A DNA stretch of 64,000 bases from a virus. Lineage: Duplodnaviria > Caudoviricetes. Positions within the stretch are counted from its first letter, which is position 1, and each line of letters begins with the position of its first letter. The DNA is taken from IMG/VR virus record IMGVR_UViG_3300037400_001903, positions 1-64,000 of that record. One strand, given 5' to 3'. The notes beneath the pieces are model-generated. The model was given only the letters and a program-made list of their open reading frames with translations. It was not told the origin of the DNA and made no database searches. Below, in pieces: positions 42,985 through 52,188 of the stretch. Position numbers and translations under genes: made by a program.

Positions 42985-45003
42985 TTATTTGTTTGCTTTC
43001 TTATATTCGCTTACGTAATCATAACCCATTATACTATTTATGATTGAGTATGCTGTTGAATCAGCAATAGCTGAATAATAATTTAATCCATTATCTTTTA
43101 GATATTGTTCAACTATAGTGTTGTTACTTGTTGTAAACTTATACCAATATCCATCACTATACATATATAATGCTGACTTTCCTGCTCCAACATTCATGTT
43201 TACTACAGTACCATCAGGTATTTTATTTTCTTGAGCAGCTTTCTGCATGCTATTTACCCAGATTGATTGAGAATCATTTTTCTCACCTGTTCCATTGAAT
43301 TCACCGAATTCTTTTTCAGCAGCATTTCTAGATAAAGCTTTTGCATCTGTATCTAATTTTATCTCATAAGAGTTATTGTTTGAACTCTCTTTAATTTTAT
43401 TTAATATATCAGATACTTTTGCTGAGTTATTTTCTATTCTAGTTTCTTCTTTAATTTTCTCATTGTTATAAGTTTCAGTAGGTGCTTGTTCCTTTAATAA
43501 TCTGTCAGCAAAGTTAGCATCAAAAGCATTTAGATAAGCTGCTGCTTTCTTCTGGTCTTCCTCATTAGTTAACCCTTTAGCTATAGATTTCAAATCTTTT
43601 GTTGCTGAGTTAATTGCATCTGTAATTACATTAGTTAAATCAGTAGCATTAATATTCTTCTTTCCTGTAGTAGCATCAGTTACGGATGCAACATAGCTGT
43701 TAACTTTACTACGAACTTCCCCTTCAATATAAGATTGAAGTTGAGCTCCTGCTTGGTCAGATGATAAAGCATACTCCATCTTTTCAGCTGGTGTCATGTT
43801 ATCCCAGTTTCTAACTTTAACTGATGTACCGTCATAAGCAATGTTTCCATCACTGTCTAGCTCATAGAATTTATTATATGCTGATACATCTTCAGATGTT
43901 GATTCTAAAGCTGCATTATATCTAGTCCATAAATCCTGAGACCATTGCATCTCTAGAGATTGTTCAGTGCTCCATGCCTCAAGAGTTTTAATTCCTTCTT
44001 GAGAAATATTATTTACACTGAACCAGTCGTTTATAGTTTTCTTTACTTGTTGAGCTCTTTCATCATCAGAGTTTTCAGCAAGCTTTGCTTCAGCAACTTT
44101 CATTTGGCCTAACATATCTTTAACTTCAGCTGAGAAGTAAACACCTGTTACTTGAGCTTCATTGATTGCAGTTTGAACAGCCTGATTATAATATTCTTCA
44201 GCATACTGCATCATGTTAGCATCATAGCTTAGACGAGCAGCTGCCATGGATGTGTCATATCCATACTTCTGTAGTTCCATAGCTCCATAAAGTTGAGCTT
44301 GGATAGATTGTTTCATGTATTCACGTTGACGCTCTTGGTCAAGTACATATCCACCTGTCCATCCTACCTTATCAGCAGTCTGGTTGTCTGTATATTTCTG
44401 CATGTCAGCTTGAGTTTGATATTGTGTAGCATTTTTCTCAAGCTCTTGACGTTGAGTAAGCATGTTTTGTTTTTGTTTCAAAGCTTCTTGCTGATAAGCA
44501 TTCTCTGCTAGCTTACCAGCTTTCTCATCCCAGCTAAAGTTAGTTCCAAGAGCAGCTTGTGCTCCTGAACCACTGTTAGTTTTACCAGTTGAGTTAGGAG
44601 AATAAGTTTCTTTACCTGTGTTGTTCGCATTGTAATATCCAACATTATTAGCTGCACTATATTTTGATGTATCTATATTAGATGCTTTTGCATCTACATC
44701 ATTCATACCTAATATACCTGACTTGTTTCCTGAAGCAGGTTGTGCTGGTGTAGCTGGTTCTGGAGCAGCTTCATAATTACTACTTTCTCTTCTCTCATAT
44801 TCTCCTAAATAATCATTTATAGGATTTTGTGAAATTGGATTTTCACTTGTAGTATTATAATCTGGGTTTATACTTGTTTCACTTTTTCCTTGTGATGCAG
44901 CCCATGCAGATTCAGGCATTCCAGGAGGTTTAGTTTTTACCTTTTTTACAGCATATTCAGGTATTAGAGGTATTGTTTCTGTAAATGGTGGTTTATAACT
45001 CAT
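42985..45003 (-). CDS. Probable virion/ejection-type protein, 672 aa
   Basis: Low-complexity N-terminus and Q/Y/A-rich helical core (YAEEYYNQAVQTAINEAQVTGVY); function inferred only. Confidence 0.45.
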   Translation of the reverse strand: MSYKPPFTETIPLIPEYAVKKVKTKPPGMPESAWAASQGKSETSINPDYNTTSENPISQNPINDYLGEYERRESSNYEAAPEPATPAQPASGNKSGILGMNDVDAKASNIDTSKYSAANNVGYYNANNTGKETYSPNSTGKTNSGSGAQAALGTNFSWDEKAGKLAENAYQQEALKQKQNMLTQRQELEKNATQYQTQADMQKYTDNQTADKVGWTGGYVLDQERQREYMKQSIQAQLYGAMELQKYGYDTSMAAARLSYDANMMQYAEEYYNQAVQTAINEAQVTGVYFSAEVKDMLGQMKVAEAKLAENSDDERAQQVKKTINDWFSVNNISQEGIKTLEAWSTEQSLEMQWSQDLWTRYNAALESTSEDVSAYNKFYELDSDGNIAYDGTSVKVRNWDNMTPAEKMEYALSSDQAGAQLQSYIEGEVRSKVNSYVASVTDATTGKKNINATDLTNVITDAINSATKDLKSIAKGLTNEEDQKKAAAYLNAFDANFADRLLKEQAPTETYNNEKIKEETRIENNSAKVSDILNKIKESSNNNSYEIKLDTDAKALSRNAAEKEFGEFNGTGEKNDSQSIWVNSMQKAAQENKIPDGTVVNMNVGAGKSALYMYSDGYWYKFTTSNNTIVEQYLKDNGLNYYSAIADSTAYSIINSIMGYDYVSEYKKANK

Positions 45004-45809
45004 TATTGATTACCTCCTAACATAGTTTCTAGTGGAGTTCCACCTGGAGCTATAGATTCTTGTGAACCAGGTAATGCTGTACCGATAGGAGAACCTCCAG
45101 CTATAGCTGCTGGTGGTGCTGCCTGAGGTTCCATTGGTTGACCTGGCATTCCAGTAGGATTCTGACGAACCATTGGTGAATTTTGGTCTAGCCCATACTT
45201 CTCTGCATCTGCAGGTGCAACTTGTGCTGCACTTGGGTCAGTAATTCTCTCAATGTTCTGTCTGTCTGTATCATTAAGCTGACTAAGGAATGATTCCTTA
45301 AGGTTAGCTTGGTTATGTTTCTCTTCAAATCTTTTTGTTATAGGATTATAACCTCTTTTAATAGCTTCAGCTATTGTCATTTCACCTTCTGGTGTCTGAA
45401 CTTTGTATTCATTTGGATGTTTGAGTAAATCATTTTTAAAACTTTTAGCATATTTATCTGATGCTTTAACAGTTCCTTTATCTAAATTTCTTTTAGCATC
45501 CTCATCTACTTCTTCATTAAGCTTAGGCTCATTACCTTTTGGCTCTTTCTTATCTGGTTCAAACATTCCTTCAGTGTTTTCTCCAGTCATTAACATGTCT
45601 TCTAAAGTTTTAGCATCAAGCTTTTTGTTACCTTTAGAGTCTTTCTTATCTGGTTTAGCTTTACTAATCTCATCCATTTTTTCTAATGGATTTTCCTCAC
45701 CGTTGCCACCATCTGGTGTAGCTTCAAGTGGATTAATTTGCTCTGCGTTTTCGGTTAAGCCTTGTTCACCTTGAGGTCCTTTACCTATTAAGTCTTCTAG
45801 TCCTGGCAT
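45003..45809 (-). CDS. Acidic hypothetical protein with P/Q/A-rich tail, ~268 aa
   Basis: SD AAAGGAG; ATG 45809. Confidence 0.7.
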   Translation of the reverse strand: MPGLEDLIGKGPQGEQGLTENAEQINPLEATPDGGNGEENPLEKMDEISKAKPDKKDSKGNKKLDAKTLEDMLMTGENTEGMFEPDKKEPKGNEPKLNEEVDEDAKRNLDKGTVKASDKYAKSFKNDLLKHPNEYKVQTPEGEMTIAEAIKRGYNPITKRFEEKHNQANLKESFLSQLNDTDRQNIERITDPSAAQVAPADAEKYGLDQNSPMVRQNPTGMPGQPMEPQAAPPAAIAGGSPIGTALPGSQESIAPGGTPLETMLGGNQ

Positions 45810-45813
45810 AATC

Positions 45814-46008
45814 CTATCTCCTTTCAATTATGTTTAATTCTTTGTCTATTACTCCAGCTTTTACAGCTCGATTCTTCATCCTAACATGTGTTGGATTAGA
45901 CGAATCGTAGGTTCCAGTAATAATCAGATGTATTATTTGTTCACAACTTGTAGGCTTTTTCTTTTTCATGTGTTTTAAATTGTTGTTCAAATAATCATCT
46001 AGATTCAT
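45814..46008 (-). CDS. Small basic hypothetical protein, 64 aa
   Basis: SD AAAGGTG; directly after the promoter. Confidence 0.6.
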   Translation of the reverse strand: MNLDDYLNNNLKHMKKKKPTSCEQIIHLIITGTYDSSNPTHVRMKNRAVKAGVIDKELNIIERR

Positions 46009-46026
46009 ACAATCACCTTTTGTTTT

Positions 46027-46070
46027 ATTATAGCATAGACTTTATTTCTTTGCAATTATTTGCTATAATT
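46027..46070. promoter_or_regulatory. Overlapping divergent promoters
   Basis: - strand TTGCAA-17-TATAAT with TGn; + strand TGC-TATAAT extended -10 at 46062-46070; ATTATAGCA/TGCTATAAT inverted symmetry. Confidence 0.7.
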
Positions 46071-46092
46071 AGGGAAAGAAAGGTTTGATGGT

Positions 46093-46431
46093 ATGAAAAG
46101 GTTCCTCGGTCTTAACTTGTTGTTCTGGATTTTTATCTGGTACTATTGTAAATCAGGATTGAAGAGACTAGCCAAGAGACTCTTTAACTGGCAAACTGCA
46201 ATTATATTTATAATTGTATTTATTATTATGTCATCAGAAGTCTGGGTTCCTTATATCATTTACTTTGTTACAGATAGTGAATGGTGGTTAGGTATTGGCT
46301 CCACATGCTGGGCCTTCTGGGCTATGCCATTCACACCGTTTATTGAATTATGTATAGCTATTACGCTTGGAGTTGACAGTTTATGGAGGAGGATTTATGC
46401 CAAGATTAGAGGTAGACAAAGAGAGATTTAA
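46093..46431 (+). CDS. Multi-pass membrane protein, 112 aa
   Basis: Two to three hydrophobic, Trp-rich segments. Confidence 0.7.
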   Translation: MKRFLGLNLLFWIFIWYYCKSGLKRLAKRLFNWQTAIIFIIVFIIMSSEVWVPYIIYFVTDSEWWLGIGSTCWAFWAMPFTPFIELCIAITLGVDSLWRRIYAKIRGRQREI

Positions 46432-46771
46432 AAGTTTTTTAGCACAATTTATTGGTGACGCACCTTATCAGGTTGAGTTAGTTGATACCTTGTTTAGTCA
46501 GATGCCTATTCAGGTGAGAAATAATATGATTGAAGAGTACTATTATAAGTATATATTTAAAGGTGAGACTTATAAAGCTCAGCACATGGTATATCAAGCT
46601 GATATCCACATGTTTCCTAACCTTGATGGATTAAAGAAGTTCTTAATTGATAGAAGTATGGGGACTATAGCTCCAGAGTTCTTTAATTCCTGTAAGCAAG
46701 CATTCTTCGATAAGAAGATTCAGGAGCATGAGCCTATAGCTGGATACTATATAACTAAGGAGGTGTTATAA
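46397..46771 (+). CDS. Hypothetical protein, ~124 aa
   Basis: SD GGAGGAGG before ATG 46397. Confidence 0.75.
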   Translation: MPRLEVDKERFKSFLAQFIGDAPYQVELVDTLFSQMPIQVRNNMIEEYYYKYIFKGETYKAQHMVYQADIHMFPNLDGLKKFLIDRSMGTIAPEFFNSCKQAFFDKKIQEHEPIAGYYITKEVL

Positions 46772-47469
46772 TGGCTGATTCTTCTAGAGTATTTAAACCT
46801 ATGATTCTTCAGACTAAGGAAGAATTACTTGCAGCTTTAAAAGCTGGACAATTAACTACATCCCACTACAATCTATTAGATGAGCAGCAAAAAATATTTG
46901 TTGAGTTAGTATGTTTCGGTGGATACACTGCTGAGGAGGCGATGCGTGTTATCCTGCCAACGGCAAGAAATGCTGCAGCACTAGCTAATAGAATGCTAGC
47001 TAATAAAGATGTCGTCACTACGATGGATGAGTTAACTGTAGCTAAGACTACAAAGTTTAAAGCTGAGGTATCATCTGCCCGTGAGATGGCACTGGAGAAA
47101 TTAAAATATATTATGACTACTACAGATGATGATTCACTTGCTGCATCCTGTGCTAAGGTAATCCTTGATAAAGCTGGTGATGCTCTTAAGCAGGATAAAG
47201 ATAAGGATGAACCTGTTGGACAGGTATCATTTAATATTCAGGTTGAGAATGTTTATGCTCCTGGAACTAATCCTAAACAGGATGAGCCAGTAATTATAGA
47301 GCTTACACCTGAAGAGATAGACCCAACAATAGCAGAGACTAAAGAAATTAAAAAAGATTTAGACGCTGCTATTAAGAAACGTAAGGAGGAGTTGGGTCAG
47401 AATGAAGTTAATCCTGAAACAGGTTTGCCTTATGTTCTACATTATGAAGGAGTTAATAATTATAAATAA
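46771..47469 (+). CDS. Probable terminase small subunit
   Basis: LDEQQKIFVELVCFGGYTAEEAMR...AALANRMLANKDV HTH typical of TerS, then helical oligomerisation region. Confidence 0.6.
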   Translation: MADSSRVFKPMILQTKEELLAALKAGQLTTSHYNLLDEQQKIFVELVCFGGYTAEEAMRVILPTARNAAALANRMLANKDVVTTMDELTVAKTTKFKAEVSSAREMALEKLKYIMTTTDDDSLAASCAKVILDKAGDALKQDKDKDEPVGQVSFNIQVENVYAPGTNPKQDEPVIIELTPEEIDPTIAETKEIKKDLDAAIKKRKEELGQNEVNPETGLPYVLHYEGVNNYK

Positions 47470-47502
47470 GAAAAAGAGTCCTATTACTAGGGCTCTTTCT
47501 CT
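47470..47502. terminator. Bidirectional terminator
   Basis: AAAGAGTCCT-ATTACT-AGGGCTCTTT between converging genes. Confidence 0.7.
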
Positions 47503-47552
47503 TTGGAGAGTAAACAAAAGCAAATAATTATTACACTTTTATTATATCTTAT

Positions 47553-49454
47553 TTATTCAGATAGTTCAACATTAAGTTCTTTCTTTATTTCTGCTTTAAA
47601 GTTTACTTGACTCATTGGAGCACGGTTAACTTCAGCACAATATGCTTGATAGTTTGCGAATGCAACACCAAGTTTATATGTCTTAAGTTTAGCTATATCA
47701 GACTTAACCTTATCTCTAAACCAAGATAATGGTCCTGAGTTATCTATTCTATATTGTTGTATCATTTCCTTTACACAATCAGGTAATGAGAATTCTTTAG
47801 TAGTATTTAATACATTGTATATAGCAAGGCATGCTTTATACGCTATGTAATCAATACTCTCTTGACTCATTAAACTGTTGTGGAAAGCTAGACCATCAAC
47901 GTTTGTGACTTTACTTAAGTCAGCGTTGAATGGGATGATAGTAAATCTTCTATAGAAACCATCTGATGTATCAGGGGTTCTAGGTAATTTGTTACATGAG
48001 TACAACATTGTAGAGAATAACTTAGTAGTATAACTATCTTTATATTTTTGCTCCAGTTGTATGTCTTCATAAGCTGTTATTGATTTGAATAAATCAGATT
48101 CTTGAATAGGCTGTGATGATATATCACCAGCTAGTGATGCTAATTTATTTTTTAAACTTGCTGCTCTAAAGTTATTAGCTAAATCTTTGAATGATATAGC
48201 TGTATAGTTTTTACTTCCAAGCATAGTTTTAATTACATCTAAGAATGTTGACTTACCATTTCTACCAGCTCCGACTAATACGAATGCTTTTGCAAGTGCA
48301 TTTGTTTTTAGCATTGTATAACCTATAACTTCATATAGTAATTGTTCAACATCTTTATCTCCACAAGTAGCAGTTGCAAAGAATTCATCAGCTGTACTAC
48401 TATAAGCTGTTGGGTCATAGTTTGCTTCAATTTGTATTGACTCTAAGTGGTCTGGAGTCATTGGTTCTAACTTCATTGTAGCTAGATTTAGTATTCCATT
48501 TTTAAACACAACTGTATATTCATTTTTATTAAACTCGACAGAGTCTTCATATAAATAATCCTTAATGTATTTCATTGTCTCTTCTTTTTGAAATGCTTTT
48601 AAGGATGGACACATTCTTGTTATGTATCCTTTAATATAATCTTCATCATTTACGTATATATTCTTAGCATAATTATAGAAAAAGAGTTCTTTACTATCGG
48701 TATCACGTTTTATATTGCAAGCTTGTACTACAAAGTCTCCTAATTTATAATGTAGGAATGAACTTTTATCAAAGAATTTTTCTAATACCTTATTTCGGTG
48801 TATAGCCATTAAATTATTTATTTCATCAGCAGTCAATGGTGATAAAGTTAATTGATTATTTATTATATTTAAGATTAACTTTTTCTCCGTGTCTGGTGTT
48901 GATATTAAATTCATAAGTTGTGCTGTCATTTGGCTTTGAACATCACCTGTTAGTGGTAATGTTAGCCCATCTTTGACAGTACTACTTATTATTCTTAAAG
49001 GCTTTAACCAATAAGGTATTTGACTGATTGAATTCTCATACACAATACTAGGAAAGCTTGCTGATGTATTCATTTTATGGTGGAAAGGTAACAGAATGTT
49101 ACTTCCCTTTTTGCTATATGTTATTGTATCAGCATTTATACCACATGCAAGTAAGTTATTAGTTGTGCAAGTATTTAAGGAACTCTTGCCTATTATTAAG
49201 TAGTAGCTCCCTTGCTCTAGAACTAATAGCTTTTCTTGTAGGTTTTGTATTGTATTAAAAATTAGTTTTTCTTCAGTCTTCAGCACGATATATCCTATAG
49301 AAATATTCCAATAGATTTTGGTATTACTATCGAGCTTCATATAATTATTTACTTCAGAAAATTTTAATCTATTGTATATACCTGTTGCTGTTTCAACACT
49401 ATAGCAAGGTTCATCAAGAGGATTTACCTCCTGGTTGAAGTCTTTGAATTTCAT
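47553..49454 (-). CDS. D5/P4-type SF3 helicase with degenerate N-terminal primase (AEP) domain
   Basis: Walker A GAGRNGKS, motif C SCN, GFYRR Arg finger; N-terminus has LACGINAD and IPYWLKP landmarks but no DxD or catalytic His. Confidence 0.88.
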   Translation of the reverse strand: MKFKDFNQEVNPLDEPCYSVETATGIYNRLKFSEVNNYMKLDSNTKIYWNISIGYIVLKTEEKLIFNTIQNLQEKLLVLEQGSYYLIIGKSSLNTCTTNNLLACGINADTITYSKKGSNILLPFHHKMNTSASFPSIVYENSISQIPYWLKPLRIISSTVKDGLTLPLTGDVQSQMTAQLMNLISTPDTEKKLILNIINNQLTLSPLTADEINNLMAIHRNKVLEKFFDKSSFLHYKLGDFVVQACNIKRDTDSKELFFYNYAKNIYVNDEDYIKGYITRMCPSLKAFQKEETMKYIKDYLYEDSVEFNKNEYTVVFKNGILNLATMKLEPMTPDHLESIQIEANYDPTAYSSTADEFFATATCGDKDVEQLLYEVIGYTMLKTNALAKAFVLVGAGRNGKSTFLDVIKTMLGSKNYTAISFKDLANNFRAASLKNKLASLAGDISSQPIQESDLFKSITAYEDIQLEQKYKDSYTTKLFSTMLYSCNKLPRTPDTSDGFYRRFTIIPFNADLSKVTNVDGLAFHNSLMSQESIDYIAYKACLAIYNVLNTTKEFSLPDCVKEMIQQYRIDNSGPLSWFRDKVKSDIAKLKTYKLGVAFANYQAYCAEVNRAPMSQVNFKAEIKKELNVELSE

Positions 49455-49749
49455 ATAGTGTCTCCTCTATTTCCTCTAAAGAATATATGCCTTTAGCTAT
49501 GCCTCCAGCGTTTTGTATTTGCCTTATTCTTAATTTTTGTAAGGCTGATAAAGTATTTCCATCTACTTTCAATTCAAATCCTATAAAGAATCCTCTATAA
49601 CATACCAGTATATCAGGTGTTCCCTGATTTTGGTAAGCAGATACGTGGACTTTAACCACGTACCCACCTTTAGAGCGTATAAATTCTTCAGCATTTTTTT
49701 GAAAGTCAGATTCTAATTCTTTATTCTTCCCATTCGCTGTCATCATCAC
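49414..49749 (-). CDS. VRR-NUC domain nuclease
   Basis: ESDFQ...GTPDILVCYRGFFIGFELK...LSALQ...I..AGG. Confidence 0.9.
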   Translation of the reverse strand: MMMTANGKNKELESDFQKNAEEFIRSKGGYVVKVHVSAYQNQGTPDILVCYRGFFIGFELKVDGNTLSALQKLRIRQIQNAGGIAKGIYSLEEIEETLYEIQRLQPGGKSS

Positions 49750-50320
49750 TCACGTATGAAGGAGTAGCTATTGGTTGAGGTTCTGGCTTTAGCTCTGGCT
49801 TTGGTTCTGGTGCTGGAGCTTTATTAGTTTGTGTAACTGTAGTTTCACCAGTATTCTTAGCATCAAATGGGAAATCATCACCTGCAAATTCTTCATTTGC
49901 ATTAGGGAAAGTTACATCTAAATGAGCTTTGTCAATCTTTCTATATTTAAAGTCTTGACGCTTTTCACCATTTTGTTTTGTACCTATTGAGAAATCAATG
50001 ATTAAAATTTTATCTTTAATTAGACCCTCAATATCTATTGTTGCTGGCTCATTTTGGTTATAAGGTACACCACATACATTTCTTAGAGCTCTATATTTCC
50101 AAGAGAATGGACTTGATGCCTCATAACTAATAGTGTCTTTTCTAGTTTGGTTCTTATGTGAACCACTTTTTAATCTAAAAGTGACGTCAAAGCTACCTGG
50201 TAGATATTCATTAAGCTTTAAAGATTCAACTACTGCGACTACATCTTTTTCCTCGAAAGGTTCAAAGCTTATAGTATCATTAGAAGTATCCTGCTTACCT
50301 TGGTTAATCATTACTGCCAT
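49721..50320 (-). CDS. DUF669-like single-stranded DNA-binding protein
   Basis: Follows a Sak4-like ATPase; OB-like core and acidic tail DDDSEWEE. Confidence 0.6.
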   Translation of the reverse strand: MAVMINQGKQDTSNDTISFEPFEEKDVVAVVESLKLNEYLPGSFDVTFRLKSGSHKNQTRKDTISYEASSPFSWKYRALRNVCGVPYNQNEPATIDIEGLIKDKILIIDFSIGTKQNGEKRQDFKYRKIDKAHLDVTFPNANEEFAGDDFPFDAKNTGETTVTQTNKAPAPEPKPELKPEPQPIATPSYVSDDDSEWEE

Positions 50321-50322
50321 GA

Positions 50323-51147
50323 TTATTTGTCCTCCTTTGCTTCTTGTTTACCTGATGCTATTGCATCTAGAATGTTTACTTTAAATTTTGAATAAGACAT
50401 GTTAGATACCTTAAGAGGAATCTTCATTTCCTTTGGTTTACGTGTCTTAGATAAGTATGCTTGACATCCATCAATGTAAGTATAATACTTAGGTGTACGT
50501 TGAATCTTGTTATCAGCATCAGTTGTTGTAACTTCTTCAATCTTTGTATACCATACGAAAGATGCTTTAGCACATAGACCATAAGCTGCTTTGTTCATTA
50601 AGCTTGGGATAATCTTATTGTTACCTGGGTTCTCTTCATCAGATACTTCCTTTTGGTGACAAATTACTACCATCTTAGAGCCTGTTGTTAAATGGATATA
50701 ACGACATGCGTTCCAAATTTCGTCATGCTCTTGAGATGCTAAGCCCCAAAGTTGTAAAGTCATTTGGTCTTTCTTTGCTGTTTCCATTAAATCTTTCTTT
50801 AATAGATATTCAAGCTGAGTTGCTGAGTCAATTACGATAGTTGAGTATGCAACTGGGATTTTCTTTCCAGTCTCATCAATAGTGTAACCATTGATTACAT
50901 CCTTGAATACTTCATTGATTTCAGCGAAGCTTGTGATAGGCACTACTACAATATTCTCACGTTCAGCATAAGAAATTGAACCTGTACCTCCTTCTAATAC
51001 GTCTAAGTATAGCATAGGCTTGTCCTTTGTCTTAGGGAAAGTAGATGCTAATACTGTTTTGCCTGAACCTTGAAGTCCATAGATAACATAAACTTCATCA
51101 GTAGGCATTTGATTTACTGCTTTTGCTTTTGTTGTTAATACGCTCAT
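50323..51147 (-). CDS. Sak4-like / AAA_24 ATPase (annealase)
   Basis: IYGLQGSGKTVLAS, YLDVLEGG, IVIDSAT. Confidence 0.8.
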   Translation of the reverse strand: MSVLTTKAKAVNQMPTDEVYVIYGLQGSGKTVLASTFPKTKDKPMLYLDVLEGGTGSISYAERENIVVVPITSFAEINEVFKDVINGYTIDETGKKIPVAYSTIVIDSATQLEYLLKKDLMETAKKDQMTLQLWGLASQEHDEIWNACRYIHLTTGSKMVVICHQKEVSDEENPGNNKIIPSLMNKAAYGLCAKASFVWYTKIEEVTTTDADNKIQRTPKYYTYIDGCQAYLSKTRKPKEMKIPLKVSNMSYSKFKVNILDAIASGKQEAKEDK

Positions 51148-51208
51148 AATTTTTTATCTCCTTTGTTATATATTTTTGGGATGAACGCATATCCCTTGTT
51201 CACTTTAT

Positions 51209-51237
51209 ATTATACACTATAGTTTACATTTATGCAA
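51209..51237 (-). promoter_or_regulatory. sigmaA-type promoter
   Basis: TTGCAT-17-TATAAT; 18 bp TAAACTATAGTGTATAAT identical to the promoter at 56796. Confidence 0.75.
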
Positions 51238-51240
51238 TAG

Positions 51241-52188
51241 CTATTTTATATTTCCTGTGATTTTTTCTATAATTATTTCACGAGAAGCTTGGCTAGGTGA
51301 TGACATATCTAATCTGCACAGCTCTTTATATGCACAATAGTTACATAGAGGTCCTTTAATTCTATAAACTCTATCAGTATCCTTAGCACATTGATATGTT
51401 TTAAGTAACTCATCAGCATTTGATGCAACTAATGAATCATCCAGTATCTGGACAGTTGTTCTTCTGAATAAAGGATGACCTCTTTCTTCTAGATATTGTA
51501 GGACAGGTTGATATTCAGATTCTTTTTCTAGTCCCTGCTCTGATAGTGCATCATAATATGCTTCATAAGTAACCAAGTCTAAAGCTTCCTTACTTTTACT
51601 AGGCTTACCATTATTAAGTAATGGTACTGGCTTAAGTTTAGCTAATCTTATTTCATCTATTTGTTTTGTTTGAACTTTTCTATTTAATATTTCTTCAGCG
51701 AAAGGGATATATAATAGTAATTGTTCATTATATAGTACATCTTCATAAGTATACTTAAGCTTATTAACTGTGGTCTTCATATCTCTTATTCCAACTACAC
51801 CGTTAGTTTCATAAACAGCATCAATGAATCCTATTATAAAGTCATCCCCATCGAGTGGTTCTTGAAATTCTTGTTCACATAATAGATTATGTTCCATAGA
51901 ATATTCTTTAGCCCAGTATTGAAAATACATTGACACACTATATTCTAGTTGGTCAGGTTCGTAAGGTAATTTACCTGACATGCATAGTTTTCTAAACTCA
52001 TCTGTGACTGGTTTACAGTCCTCGCCTTTAATAGTTAGTTCTACACATTCATGAAACATTTTACCAGGGATTGTGAATTCATTCTCTGGCGTTTCAATAC
52101 CCTCAATGTAAGCATACATGTGTTTACGAGGGCACTGCTTAAAAGTAGATAGTCTTGAATGACTATATCTATTTATATCTTTACTCAT
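51241..52188 (-). CDS. PD-(D/E)XK nuclease, Cas4/RecB-like with Fe-S cysteines
   Basis: SHSRLSTFKQCPR, GKMFHE, GFIDAV, IRDMKT, QLLLY, CNYCAYKELC. Confidence 0.88.
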   Translation of the reverse strand: MSKDINRYSHSRLSTFKQCPRKHMYAYIEGIETPENEFTIPGKMFHECVELTIKGEDCKPVTDEFRKLCMSGKLPYEPDQLEYSVSMYFQYWAKEYSMEHNLLCEQEFQEPLDGDDFIIGFIDAVYETNGVVGIRDMKTTVNKLKYTYEDVLYNEQLLLYIPFAEEILNRKVQTKQIDEIRLAKLKPVPLLNNGKPSKSKEALDLVTYEAYYDALSEQGLEKESEYQPVLQYLEERGHPLFRRTTVQILDDSLVASNADELLKTYQCAKDTDRVYRIKGPLCNYCAYKELCRLDMSSPSQASREIIIEKITGNIK

